Positions 1 through 9,610 of a DNA stretch of 64,000 nt are shown piece after piece; position 1 is the stretch's first letter; each line of letters opens with the position of its first letter. The notes beneath the pieces are model-generated. The model had not been told where the DNA came from. It saw only the letters and a program-made list of their open reading frames with translations, and made no database searches. Source of the DNA: Candidatus Cloacimonadales bacterium. GTDB lineage: Bacteria; Cloacimonadota; Cloacimonadia; Cloacimonadales; JAIOQZ01. The stretch spans positions 1,504,001-1,568,000 of the forward strand of contig OY762463.1 in the NCBI GenBank assembly GCA_963665815.1. Reading direction: 5' to 3'. Both the position numbers and the translations under genes were made by a program.

Positions 1-2028
1 AATCCCATTGTTGAAATAGTCTGATGCAGCATAGTTGTATCCAAATTCTACTGAATCAACTACTGATCCGTCTCCGTTTGATATCATAATCTTGTAGATA
101 ACTTCAGGTGTAACGGTTCTTACAAAATTGCTTACATATTCATTGTTATCATTTCCCATCGTTGCAATTTTATAATAGTAAGTTGTACCATTCTGGACTG
201 AGTAATCATTATAATAGTAATTAACATAGTTTGAAATTGATGGACCAAGTTCAGGATTTGAATTCCAATCTGCTATAGTCTGATATGGACCTTCAACATC
301 TGTTGCTCTTTTCACCATGAATCCCTGATTATCTCTTTGAGAAGCTACTGTCCAGAACAATTCAACCAGACCATCTCTCGGAGTTGCACTGAATATATTG
401 TTGTAGAATAATCCAGGTGTTGCAATTACTTCATCTGAAAGCTCTGAAACGTTATCATTGAGATCAACAGCTCTCACTCTGAAATAGTAAGGACCATCAC
501 CTAAACCATTGATTGTATACATTGTTGTAGCCTGAGATCCCAGAGCAGGACTGAGACTTTTATCATATGTAAAATAGTTATCTGTTCCAATTGGTTCATC
601 GGCAACAAGGACTTCATAAGTACTGAAATCAAAGTCAGACGCCTGAGTCCATTGCAGAGTGACAAAACCCTGAGATTCATCGTAAACTTCCAGGTCTGAT
701 GGGGCAACCGGTGGTTGACCATTATCCATCGCTGTCATCTCAGTAATAACTTCACCCATTGCAGTAATAAAAGGTTGGTAAAAAGCTATACAATTATCCC
801 AAACCTTATCCATATCATACTTACCTGTGTCCGGATTCCAACCCCAGAACCATTTCTTGTTAAGAGTGTCCTGAGGATAGCAATTCGGAAGTTCATCAAA
901 TTCTACATGGAAAAATGGTTCCCATACATCATAATCATTCATTCCGGCATTTGTATATTCCATTTGCTTATTATATGTATAACCTGGAAGATCCATGTGA
1001 CCATTTACCGGAAGGAGAGTATCTCCGTACTGATATGTAAAGTCATATGTGCCCCAGTTAAATGCGTAATAATCGAAGTAAGTCACATCATCATGAATAC
1101 CTACAGTATTAGCTGGAACTGCAATGTAAGGTGTTCTATTTACAACATCTATCTTCTCAAAAGATAAATCTCTTATTGGTAAGTTAGGATTACTTTTTCC
1201 ATTTCCTGCAGAAATCTGACATGGAGCATATCCAATATGAGACTCTGTATCATAAGTGTGAATCTGAACGGATAGCTCTTTTCTGCCAAAATCATCTCTT
1301 ATATCATCACAGAAAGCCTGATAAGCAACATTAAACGGGTGATCAGCCACACGGCTTGGGTCACACAAGGTTTTTGAGTTTGAATAATCACCCTGATGTG
1401 TCCATAATACTTCACGTCCAGTTCCGCTTACACACCAGTATGCAGCATCCCACTCAATGAAAGCTTTATATGACATAACAGTTGTTGGATAGTCATCATT
1501 TATGTGTGGAGTTGTGATTATCACAGGATTTGCAGCATTAGGACTGTAAATATACAATCCCCAACCATATGTAAATGCTCCTGATTCATCATCAGTTGAA
1601 TCAGCAGGAGTTCCGTTATCATCATAAAATGTTGTATCTGGTATTTCTCTGAGCATAAAAAATTGTCTACCTGAATCGGTATCGTTAAATTCAACAACTT
1701 CGTAAGGAAAACCATATTCAGCAATTGCTGAATCAGCTCTTGTAAGCTCTCCGTTTACACAGAAATCCACAATTGTCTGCCAGTTACCGGACTCTGTTCC
1801 ATCAAATGTATTATAAGATCCGAAACCATCAGTTTGTCTGTCAAAAGCAGCATAAACATTATATCCGGGATCAGCAATACCTTCTGCTACGTGACTGAGC
1901 CAATTATCATAGGCACAGTCATCAGTCTGTCCGAACAGGAAGTCATAAAGACTTGCATTCTCAACAGTAACTGCTGAAAGCATCAGTACTGACATCAAGG
2001 AAATCAGCAAAAATATATATTTCTTCAT
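1..2028 (-). CDS. Secreted multidomain protein, 3' end outside the window: signal peptide, possible Zn-hydrolase-like domain, fibronectin type III domains
   Basis: Absent from the ORF track. Manual translation of parts of the minus strand from ATG 2028 (RBS GGAG) gives MKKYIFLLISLMSVLMLSAVTVENASLYDFLFG..., then IITTPHINDD...CDPSR...VQIHTY, then FN3-like PPVAPSDLEV...VTLQWTQASD...YYFRVRAVD. Confidence 0.8.
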   Translation of the reverse strand, partial: MKKYIFLLISLMSVLMLSAVTVENASLYDFLFGQTDDCAYDNWLSHVAEGIADPGYNVYAAFDRQTDGFGSYNTFDGTESGNWQTIVDFCVNGELTRADSAIAEYGFPYEVVEFNDTDSGRQFFMLREIPDTTFYDDNGTPADSTDDESGAFTYGWGLYIYSPNAANPVIITTPHINDDYPTTVMSYKAFIEWDAAYWCVSGTGREVLWTHQGDYSNSKTLCDPSRVADHPFNVAYQAFCDDIRDDFGRKELSVQIHTYDTESHIGYAPCQISAGNGKSNPNLPIRDLSFEKIDVVNRTPYIAVPANTVGIHDDVTYFDYYAFNWGTYDFTYQYGDTLLPVNGHMDLPGYTYNKQMEYTNAGMNDYDVWEPFFHVEFDELPNCYPQDTLNKKWFWGWNPDTGKYDMDKVWDNCIAFYQPFITAMGEVITEMTAMDNGQPPVAPSDLEVYDESQGFVTLQWTQASDFDFSTYEVLVADEPIGTDNYFTYDKSLSPALGSQATTMYTINGLGDGPYYFRVRAVDLNDNVSELSDEVIATPGLFYNNIFSATPRDGLVELFWTVASQRDNQGFMVKRATDVEGPYQTIADWNSNPELGPSISNYVNYYYNDYSVQNGTTYYYKIATMGNDNNEYVSNFVRTVTPEVIYKIMISNGDGSVVDSVEFGYNYAASDYFNNGI

Positions 2029-2040
2029 TGTACACTCCAT

Positions 2041-3966
2041 TTATTTCATTAACAGCATTTTTCCGGATGCTGTTCTACCATTAGATCTAAGTCTGTAGAA
2101 ATACACACCTGTAGAGACATCAATACCTGATGAGTCTTTACCATTCCATGTGATCGTGTGTTTCCCTTCGTTTAAATACTTATCAACCAGTTTTATTACT
2201 TTCTGTCCTTTGACATTATAAACTGTTAATTCTGCATTTGAAGATTCAGACAGTGAAAATGAGATGTTTGTTTCAGGATTAAAAGGATTAGGGTAGTTTC
2301 CAATAATCTCTGTAGCATATCTAACATCTTCCACATCGTCATTTGCAACAAGCCCAAGATTTACATCTACAGATACAAGTTGACCAAGTGTAACCTGAAT
2401 ACCTTGTTCTGTATATTCTTCATAACCCTCTGCCCAGTAAGTTACATCATGTGTTCCTTCAGGGATATTGCGCAGAATGTAATACCCAGCTTCATTTGTT
2501 AAAGCAAGTCGTTCTGAATTAGCTCCAACCACGTTTACTGTAGCACCTTCAATTGGATTATCATTTTCGTCATAAACAAAACCATCAATATCACCACCTG
2601 TAAAATCAGTAGAAAAAATAGCGAAATCGGCATACATATCCATAAGAATTCCACCGTTAATTCCTTGATTAAGATCAATTTCTGTAGCACTGTAAAGAAC
2701 TCTTGATCTGTCTTCATATTGTGGCATAGTATTGCAATAGAACTTGTTATTCTGACTGTATGCTTCAGTTGTATAAGATCTGATAACAGTTACAACAAGA
2801 TTCCCCAGTCTCTGTGAATAAGGTGTATTAAGAGCGATATTAACCAGATGGTTACCACTCATAAAGCTAACGGGTCCTTCATATACAAGCTGCTGATCAT
2901 AAAGCTGAACCCACCCTTCTGTAAGGTCATCTTCTTCAGTTTCACCCATGTAAATCTTTACCGGAACATTCTCAACATCATAAACAAAGTTGTTATAAAA
3001 ACATAACTCAAAGATGTTACCTGAGAAACCAATAATCTGATTGGAATTTATTATTGTCTGATAAACACTCATGTTATTGGTCAAATCGAAAGGAATCTGA
3101 TTGTATTGTATTGATGCATTGTTATCAACAAACATATCTGTTTCGTCTGTATTAACAAACTTAACATCAATAAGATCAGTTGCATTATTAGATTCATTTT
3201 CATCATTCTGATATGTAATTTTTCCGAAAATATTTGTATTTTCTGATACTATCTGGTCCGGTGTATTCCAGGTAAGAAGATTAATTACATCTGCACCAGC
3301 CACAAGTGGTGAAGGAACGTCAAATGAATGAAGAAGAGTATCATCTTCTTTATACAATCCTATTGTATAACCTGTAACATCATTAGTCCCAACATTCTCT
3401 ACATGAAAATTGAACTGGTATGTTTCTGATGGTTCGAAAATTCTTGCCGGGAAATCAACAGCTGCTAACTGAAGATCGTTAGCTGATTGTACATTCATTT
3501 CAGGGAAGGTGATATTATCAATATATCCTGCATCGTCTCCCCCATCAGCATTTCTGTCTTTCTCATATTTCCATGAAATTGTGTGCTGTCCGGGAGGTAT
3601 TGGTACTTCAAACAATGACCAGTTAGTATCTCCGCTAATTTGAGCAATCTGCCCACCATCAATTGAGAATATCAGATAATCATAATCAGCCTCGCTGCTT
3701 ACTCTCCAGTAAAATGATAATGTATCAAGCCTGGAAACATCAATTGTGATGAATAATTCTGAGTTCTCGTAATGTGTAACGTCTCCTGATTTTGCACAAT
3801 ATGTGCCTTCCTGTGGATTAGATGTAACAATCGTCCAGTCTGCATTTCCTCCATTTTGCCAGTTGTTGGCTGAAAAGTCTCCGGATTCGAAACCTTCCTG
3901 AGCAAAAACCGGAATACAGAAAAGAACGAAAGTCATGAATAAAAAAAGTTGCTTTTTCATTTTCAT
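2041..3966 (-). CDS. Secreted protein with CARDB-like and carboxypeptidase-regulatory-like domains and a C-terminal T9SS-like/FlgD-Ig sorting domain
   Basis: Signal peptide; VENVGT...NESNN (CARDB-like); GFVYDENDNPIEGATV; C-terminus NYPNPFNPETNISF...VYNVKGQKV...WNGKD...GVYFYRL...KMLLMK. Confidence 0.8.
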   Translation of the reverse strand: MKMKKQLFLFMTFVLFCIPVFAQEGFESGDFSANNWQNGGNADWTIVTSNPQEGTYCAKSGDVTHYENSELFITIDVSRLDTLSFYWRVSSEADYDYLIFSIDGGQIAQISGDTNWSLFEVPIPPGQHTISWKYEKDRNADGGDDAGYIDNITFPEMNVQSANDLQLAAVDFPARIFEPSETYQFNFHVENVGTNDVTGYTIGLYKEDDTLLHSFDVPSPLVAGADVINLLTWNTPDQIVSENTNIFGKITYQNDENESNNATDLIDVKFVNTDETDMFVDNNASIQYNQIPFDLTNNMSVYQTIINSNQIIGFSGNIFELCFYNNFVYDVENVPVKIYMGETEEDDLTEGWVQLYDQQLVYEGPVSFMSGNHLVNIALNTPYSQRLGNLVVTVIRSYTTEAYSQNNKFYCNTMPQYEDRSRVLYSATEIDLNQGINGGILMDMYADFAIFSTDFTGGDIDGFVYDENDNPIEGATVNVVGANSERLALTNEAGYYILRNIPEGTHDVTYWAEGYEEYTEQGIQVTLGQLVSVDVNLGLVANDDVEDVRYATEIIGNYPNPFNPETNISFSLSESSNAELTVYNVKGQKVIKLVDKYLNEGKHTITWNGKDSSGIDVSTGVYFYRLRSNGRTASGKMLLMK

Positions 3967-4205
3967 AATCGCTCCTGTTATATATGTTTAATTTTGTTAG
4001 AACTTCCTTAATAATTGTCTTTTATACTGCTTTTGTAAAATTTATCGTCAAGTTATTTGTAAACATTCTAAGTATATCTCAATAATCATTTAAAAAAATA
4101 AATAAATGAAAATATTCTCATTCACGATTTACAATGCATTTATCTCATTGATCTACTTTATATTGGCAAACTTTTACAGTGTTTACTGTCTGAGTTTTCA
4201 ACAAC

Positions 4206-5291
4206 TTATTTTAAGAGTATAAGTTTTTCTGTTTTTAACTCTTTTCCGCAATTTACTCTGAACAAGTAGACTCCTGAAGATACTCCAGCACCTGAGTTAT
4301 CAAGTCCATTCCATGTAATTGTATGATTACCTGAGGATAATATTTTTGAAATCATATTCTTAACAAGCTGACCCTTAGCATTGTAGATTGATGCATTAAC
4401 AAAACTTTCCCTTCTAAGGTTAAACTCTATAGTTGTTTTCGGATTAAACGGATTAGGATAAACTTTGATTTTCTCTATTCTTGCTTCAACTGATTCTTTG
4501 ATAGGAGAATTGTCGGTGACAACAACATGCCATACAGTTTCTCTACTATAATCAGTATTATCTATGCTGTTTGTCAGAACACACTTAACAACATGATTAC
4601 CAATAGAGCTGAATACAGGGAATACCATATCTGCTACCAGCTCAGATTGTTCAATTTCATCAATGAACCAACTGTATGTATATGGCTGCTCAGTAAATAC
4701 TGCAAACATGGTTTCAGATGTGATTTCGCATTCAACAGAATCTGCTTCCGGAAATTTGCTGTAGATTTGAGGAGTTAAAACACGAATACTGTCAATATTA
4801 ACCGGAGTAATCGGTCTGTCATTAACATCTGTTGGGGTCGCCCCAATTGCATATACAACATCCATACCTTCAATAATCTCTCCGAATACTGCATGGTGAT
4901 TATCAAGTTGTGATTGAGCAGTCAATGTGATAAAGTACTGTGACCCACCCGTATTAGCCCCTGCATTTGCCATTGACAGAACTCCGGGACCATCATGAAG
5001 TAATTCAGGATGAAATTCGTCAGGAATTGTATACCCAGGTCCACCTGTTCCCGTACCATTGGGACACCCGTCCTGAATCATAAAACCATCAATTACTCTG
5101 TGGAAAATCAAGCCATCATAAAAGTTATCCATAGATAATCCAATAAAATTTCCTGCTGTTATCGGAACGAGATCTTCACGTAATTCAGCTTTGAAATTGC
5201 CCATTGAAGTATACCACTGCACAATAGTTTGAGAATACAAAGCTGATATTGTAAATACAACAAACATAGTAAATATAAGTTTCCTTATCAT
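4206..5291 (-). CDS. Secreted cyclophilin-type peptidyl-prolyl isomerase with C-terminal T9SS-like/FlgD-Ig sorting domain
   Basis: Cyclophilin motifs FHRVIDGFMIQDG and LSMANAGANTGGSQYFI; signal peptide; C-terminal YPNPFNP domain. Confidence 0.9.
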   Translation of the reverse strand: MIRKLIFTMFVVFTISALYSQTIVQWYTSMGNFKAELREDLVPITAGNFIGLSMDNFYDGLIFHRVIDGFMIQDGCPNGTGTGGPGYTIPDEFHPELLHDGPGVLSMANAGANTGGSQYFITLTAQSQLDNHHAVFGEIIEGMDVVYAIGATPTDVNDRPITPVNIDSIRVLTPQIYSKFPEADSVECEITSETMFAVFTEQPYTYSWFIDEIEQSELVADMVFPVFSSIGNHVVKCVLTNSIDNTDYSRETVWHVVVTDNSPIKESVEARIEKIKVYPNPFNPKTTIEFNLRRESFVNASIYNAKGQLVKNMISKILSSGNHTITWNGLDNSGAGVSSGVYLFRVNCGKELKTEKLILLK

Positions 5292-5581
5292 CCTTCTCTC
5301 CTGCTTCTTTTTCTAAAAAAATATAATATGTATTATTAGTGTCAAGACTTTACTGATTATTCAAGTATGCACAAATATTTAAAGTATTGACTCCATAAAA
5401 ACTATTAGTAATCTTAGTTGATTTTTGAGAGTGTTAATATTCTGGCATATTAATCTTATGTGTTAATCCATACTTTCAGATCATTCATAAAAAAACATCA
5501 CAAAGTACTAAATATAAATTTGGCAAAATTATAGTAATCCTTAATTTATCTGGGAATATATATGTTAAAAGGAGTATAGAA

Positions 5582-5800
5582 ATGGCAGATTGTCAATGTT
5601 TACCAAAATGTCCATTCTTTAATGATAGAATGAAAAATATGCCTTCAATGGCGAATGTTTACAAGAAAAATTATTGTCGGGGCAACAATTCCGAATGTGC
5701 AAGGTTCATGATTTTTAAAGCATTTGGCAGTGATAAAGTACCTATTACACTATTCCCGAACATGGTTGATGAAGCAAAGAGAATTATAGCTAAAGGTTAA
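5582..5800 (+). CDS. Small Cys-rich hypothetical protein (72 aa)
   Basis: Strong RBS AAGGAG; CxCxxxCPFF...YC...CAR pattern. Confidence 0.7.
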   Translation: MADCQCLPKCPFFNDRMKNMPSMANVYKKNYCRGNNSECARFMIFKAFGSDKVPITLFPNMVDEAKRIIAKG

Positions 5801-5833
5801 CAGGAAATCTTTTCGAAACTAAGAGTGTTAGAT

Positions 5834-6763
5834 TCATTTCAGGCTATATTTATAGAGTTTAGCTTCGTGTGTTGCAACAAACAGTTCAGTACCGTCGACA
5901 GCAGATGTAAGTATAGCCTCATTTTCGGGCATAACCAGTGTGTAATTCTTAATAATTTTCCCTACTCTATCACAAAGTAATGCAAAATTAGTAGTCTTCG
6001 ATCTTTCCATATTATGATAGAAGCCCAATATCAGTAAGTTTCCATTGTATGAATGTATTGTTCGAAATTGAATTGTTTCCTGATTAAAACTATCAGGGAA
6101 ATCAATTAAGATTCGCAAAGCTGTTTCACCGTTTAGCCTCTGCAATCCAACAGGCTTTGCATAAACAATATAGTATTCTTTTCCAAGTTTTGTAGCATTT
6201 ACAAGCGGAACAGCTCTTCTATCCTTTTTAGTATTCATTTGTGAAAGAACATCTTTAAACATCTCTATCCTGTTCTTTCCTGCCGTTACATCAAATATCT
6301 GTACTTCAGGAAATCTTAGATCTCCTAAGGCATATATAACATTATTATTCTTTAAAATACAACTGTAAATCTGTTCAATAGATGTTTCCCGGTATTCCTT
6401 TGTAACCTTGTTAAACTTCACGAGTTTTCTGTTTATTTTATCCAAGACAATCAGGGAATCCTCTTTCTGCTCAATATGGGTTGGAAACATCAGTTCTCCG
6501 GGACCTTTCCCCTCCCTTCCGAGAGATTCAGTATATTCTAGAGTTGTTCTTTTAAAGACCATTATATTTCGTTCCGTATCATCAATACAATATATATTAT
6601 TATTATCCATGCATATTCCACTGATACCTCCAAGTTGATAATCTTCATCCATCTCCTGATTGAGAGAATCTACCGGATTCAAAAAAACTGCTTTGGGGAC
6701 GTTACTGCATCCTGAAAATATCATCAGAGATAAAAACAATAACAGATATGGCAATCTCATCAA
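5834..6763 (-). CDS. 6-bladed beta-propeller lipoprotein
   Basis: Lipobox IFSGC; GREGKGPGEL motif typical of these propellers. Confidence 0.7.
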   Translation of the reverse strand: MMRLPYLLLFLSLMIFSGCSNVPKAVFLNPVDSLNQEMDEDYQLGGISGICMDNNNIYCIDDTERNIMVFKRTTLEYTESLGREGKGPGELMFPTHIEQKEDSLIVLDKINRKLVKFNKVTKEYRETSIEQIYSCILKNNNVIYALGDLRFPEVQIFDVTAGKNRIEMFKDVLSQMNTKKDRRAVPLVNATKLGKEYYIVYAKPVGLQRLNGETALRILIDFPDSFNQETIQFRTIHSYNGNLLILGFYHNMERSKTTNFALLCDRVGKIIKNYTLVMPENEAILTSAVDGTELFVATHEAKLYKYSLK

Positions 6764-6981
6764 GCCTCCATCTTTATCTGCAAGAGTATTACTTGCTCAT
6801 TAAAAAAAATAACCAAAAACAAATTATGAGACCTTTGTATAATTGGGACGTTGATTTTATTTTGCTTTTAGCAAAGTTCTCATCATAATTCATGGTTTAC
6901 AAATCTTTTATTTCTTGTCCAGACGAAAAAATCCTCAGTATTTGATTTGACACAGATAAGGATTGATATTTCGTTTCCCTC

Positions 6982-7030
6982 AAGGTGATGGAGTTCACCT
7001 TTAACCGCCTTTGTGCTGATGACTCCTGCA
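6982..7030 (+). ncRNA. Fluoride (crcB-class) riboswitch
   Basis: AAGGTGATGGAGTTCACCTTTAACCGC...GCTGATGACTCCTGC. P1 is AAGGTGA/TCACCTT and the pseudoknot is GGAGTT/GACTCC, matching the fluoride riboswitch consensus; it lies in the 5' UTR of an antiporter. Confidence 0.9.
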
Positions 7031-7059
7031 ATAAAAAAATCTATGTACAGGAGATTTAT

Positions 7060-8250
7060 ATGATTACTTTCGGAATGATAACCACTATTATCCTGCTTGG
7101 CGGATGGATATTCTCAAAACTGTTTTCAAAAATGCAATTACCCTCTGTTCTCGGTATGGTTGTATTCGGAATCCTGCTTAGTATTTTCATTAAACAGTAC
7201 ACAACAGAGGTTCTATGGCAGATTGCCCCATTCGCAAAATCAATGGCACTTATAGTAATTCTTCTCCGTGCAGGTCTGGGCATAAAAAAAGAGACTCTGG
7301 CAAAAACGGGCAAAACATCAATACTGATGGCCTTTCTTCCATGCATTATTGAAGGATCTGCACTTACATTCGCCTTTCATTTATTCTTTGGATTTAGCTG
7401 GGCTGTATCCGGATTAACAGCATTCCTGCTGGCAGCAGTTTCACCAGCCGTAATAGTTCCGTCGATGCTGACATTCATTGAGTCAGGATTAGGCAGGAAA
7501 AGAGAAGTCCCCACAATAATTCTTGCAGGAGCTTCAATAGATGATGTTTTCGCCATAACTATATTTTCAGCTTTTCTGGGAATTGCTGCAGGTAACAATA
7601 TAAATCTTGGTAAATCCTTATTAATGATTCCCTTTTCAATTTTAAGCGGAATTCTGGCTGGTCTTATTCTTGGACTGTTTCTCGTAAACTTCTTCAAATT
7701 CAAATTAAAGATACGTGATACGGAGAAAATTCTGATAATTTTATCTCTTTCCCTTGTCATTGTGGAAATAGGCAGATTAACTCATGTTGCAGCCCTCCTT
7801 GGAGTAATGACAACAGGCTTCATTCTGCTTGAAAAAAAAGAAGACACTGCCCATAATGTAGCAAAAAAACTCAGTAAAATCTGGGTGTTTGCTGAAATAG
7901 TTCTGTTTGTACTGATTGGATTTTCAGTTGATCCTCACGTTGCATTGAAAGCAGGATCAAAGGGAATAGCCGTAATCTTGATCGGCTTGTTGTTTCGATC
8001 AGCAGGAGTATTTCTCGCAACACTTAAGTCCGGACTTAACAGAAATGAAAGAATATTCTGTATAATCGCCTATCTGCCCAAAGCAACAGTTCAGGCTGCT
8101 CTGGGATCAGTAGCTCTCAGTAATGGAATTGCAGAAGGAGAGCAGATTCTGGCAATCGCAGTTCTTTCTATAATCCTGACAGCACCATTGGGATTAATCC
8201 TTATTAATACATTCGGGAAAAAACTTCTTAAGGCTGATTTAAGCCTTTAA
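7060..8250 (+). CDS. Cation:proton antiporter (NHA2/NhaP-like, DD motif)
   Basis: Highly hydrophobic; AAVSPAVIVP, ASIDDV and PKATVQAA motifs. Start moved from 6985 to ATG 7060 (RBS AGGAG) because the upstream extension is the riboswitch. Confidence 0.9.
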   Translation: MITFGMITTIILLGGWIFSKLFSKMQLPSVLGMVVFGILLSIFIKQYTTEVLWQIAPFAKSMALIVILLRAGLGIKKETLAKTGKTSILMAFLPCIIEGSALTFAFHLFFGFSWAVSGLTAFLLAAVSPAVIVPSMLTFIESGLGRKREVPTIILAGASIDDVFAITIFSAFLGIAAGNNINLGKSLLMIPFSILSGILAGLILGLFLVNFFKFKLKIRDTEKILIILSLSLVIVEIGRLTHVAALLGVMTTGFILLEKKEDTAHNVAKKLSKIWVFAEIVLFVLIGFSVDPHVALKAGSKGIAVILIGLLFRSAGVFLATLKSGLNRNERIFCIIAYLPKATVQAALGSVALSNGIAEGEQILAIAVLSIILTAPLGLILINTFGKKLLKADLSL

Positions 8251-8386
8251 TGCAGCTATCCGATATTCGAAAAAAATTCCTCTTCCACAGGAAAATCATA
8301 CCATTTTTCCCATCCCGGAAAAACTGTCATAATGTTCAACTTTCCTAATCCCTTATAAATTCATCATATAAGCACGAAACACCTTT

Positions 8387-8402
8387 TGGCATAAGCATTG
8401 CA
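8387..8402 (+). promoter_or_regulatory. Sigma54 (-24/-12) promoter of the flagellar operon
   Basis: TGGCAT-AAGCA-TTGCA with exact GG-N10-GC spacing, ~32 nt upstream of the fliJ start; rpoN is in the same window. Confidence 0.8.
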
Positions 8403-8434
8403 TAAATTGTTGTAATAAAAAAATAAGGTGAATC

Positions 8435-8890
8435 ATGAAAAAATTTGAGTTTTCGCTGCAAAAAGTGCTGGATGTACGTGAAACTGAAGAAAAGATTCTT
8501 CAAAAAAATCTGCTCCTTATTCAGAATGATATTCTTGAAACAGAAAGAGAGCAAAATAATATAACATCTCGTATTGCTCAGGAAAATACGAAGCACGAAA
8601 AGAATCTTAGAAAAGAAACAAATTCTGCCAAAATCATGCTTCATCACAATTATGTTTCAACCCTTCAGGATAAACTCGAAGATATCAGAGACAGAATTGA
8701 AAAGCTGTTGGAAGATGAATCCAGAGCTAAGCACGAGTTGCTCGAAAAAGTAAGAGAAAAGAAAACCATCGAAAAGCTCAGAGAAATGAAATTCGACGAA
8801 TATAAAACACTGGAAAAGAAAGAAGAACAAGCTTTTCTGGATGAACTTAATACCCAGAAAAAGAAAGATTCAAAATTTGAGAGTCACTAA
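8435..8890 (+). CDS. fliJ: Flagellar export chaperone FliJ
   Basis: MKKFEFSLQKVLDVRE N-terminus, coiled coil, EQAFLDE C-terminus; operon context. Confidence 0.9.
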   Translation: MKKFEFSLQKVLDVRETEEKILQKNLLLIQNDILETEREQNNITSRIAQENTKHEKNLRKETNSAKIMLHHNYVSTLQDKLEDIRDRIEKLLEDESRAKHELLEKVREKKTIEKLREMKFDEYKTLEKKEEQAFLDELNTQKKKDSKFESH

Positions 8891-9600
8891 TGAAGAAGAA
8901 TTTAGTCCAATACATCATTGTGTTCCTGCTTTCCTTTATTGCAGCTAACATTGTGTTGTTCTTTTTGATAAGAAATAAAGTCAGAGATGCAAGAGAGAAT
9001 ATAGAGATAATTGCGGATTCACTCGGAGTAATCGACTCTCTTGCTGTCCTTGAGCAAGATTCAGTTTTTGTGCTGGGAGATAGAATCCCCGATAAGCTTG
9101 ATGAATACAGAAGATTAACAATACTAAAAGAAGAACTCGAAAAGTACTACGCATTTGAGAGCATGCAGAATATGTCCTTTGAAGATGCTGATTCTCTAGT
9201 TGAAAGACACACAAAGATAATAGAAAGCCTTATTGAGCGTCAGCAGGCATATATAAGCAAAATTGAAGATCTGAGAAAACTACTGTCTGAGAAGAATGTA
9301 AAAATAACTAGTCTTGAGGAAAAAATTTCCAAAATGGAAGAAAAATTTACTTCTCTTGAGTCAAATTACTCCAAAGAAAAAGAGCAGGCAGAAGAAACTG
9401 AGAAGCAAAATTCCATTAAATATCTCGCAGATACATACAGTACTATGGATGCAAAGAAAGTGGCTCAGCTTATGCTTCCGTTAACAGATGAAAAAATAAT
9501 AGAAATTCTGAGAAAAATGAATCAGAGAAAATCGGGGAAAGTACTCAGTTACCTACCTCCAAAACGATCCGCATCAATCGTTGCTCTGATGGCAGAATAA
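8890..9600 (+). CDS. MotE/FlbB/YlxF-like flagellar protein (N-terminal TM, coiled coil, MgtE_N-like C-terminal domain)
   Basis: LADTYSTMDAKKVAQLM...ILRKMNQRKSGKVLSYLPP; conserved position between fliJ and fliK. Confidence 0.75.
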   Translation: MKKNLVQYIIVFLLSFIAANIVLFFLIRNKVRDARENIEIIADSLGVIDSLAVLEQDSVFVLGDRIPDKLDEYRRLTILKEELEKYYAFESMQNMSFEDADSLVERHTKIIESLIERQQAYISKIEDLRKLLSEKNVKITSLEEKISKMEEKFTSLESNYSKEKEQAEETEKQNSIKYLADTYSTMDAKKVAQLMLPLTDEKIIEILRKMNQRKSGKVLSYLPPKRSASIVALMAE

Positions 9601-9610
9601 GGAAAGAAAT

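Noticed and set aside
501-1724. Short ORFs 501..722, 715..1167 and 1521..1724
   Set aside because: They are alternative-frame or antisense to the long minus-strand CDS starting at 2028
6985-7059. 25-aa N-terminal extension of the antiporter in the ORF track
   Set aside because: It overlaps the riboswitch; ATG 7060 has a proper RBS
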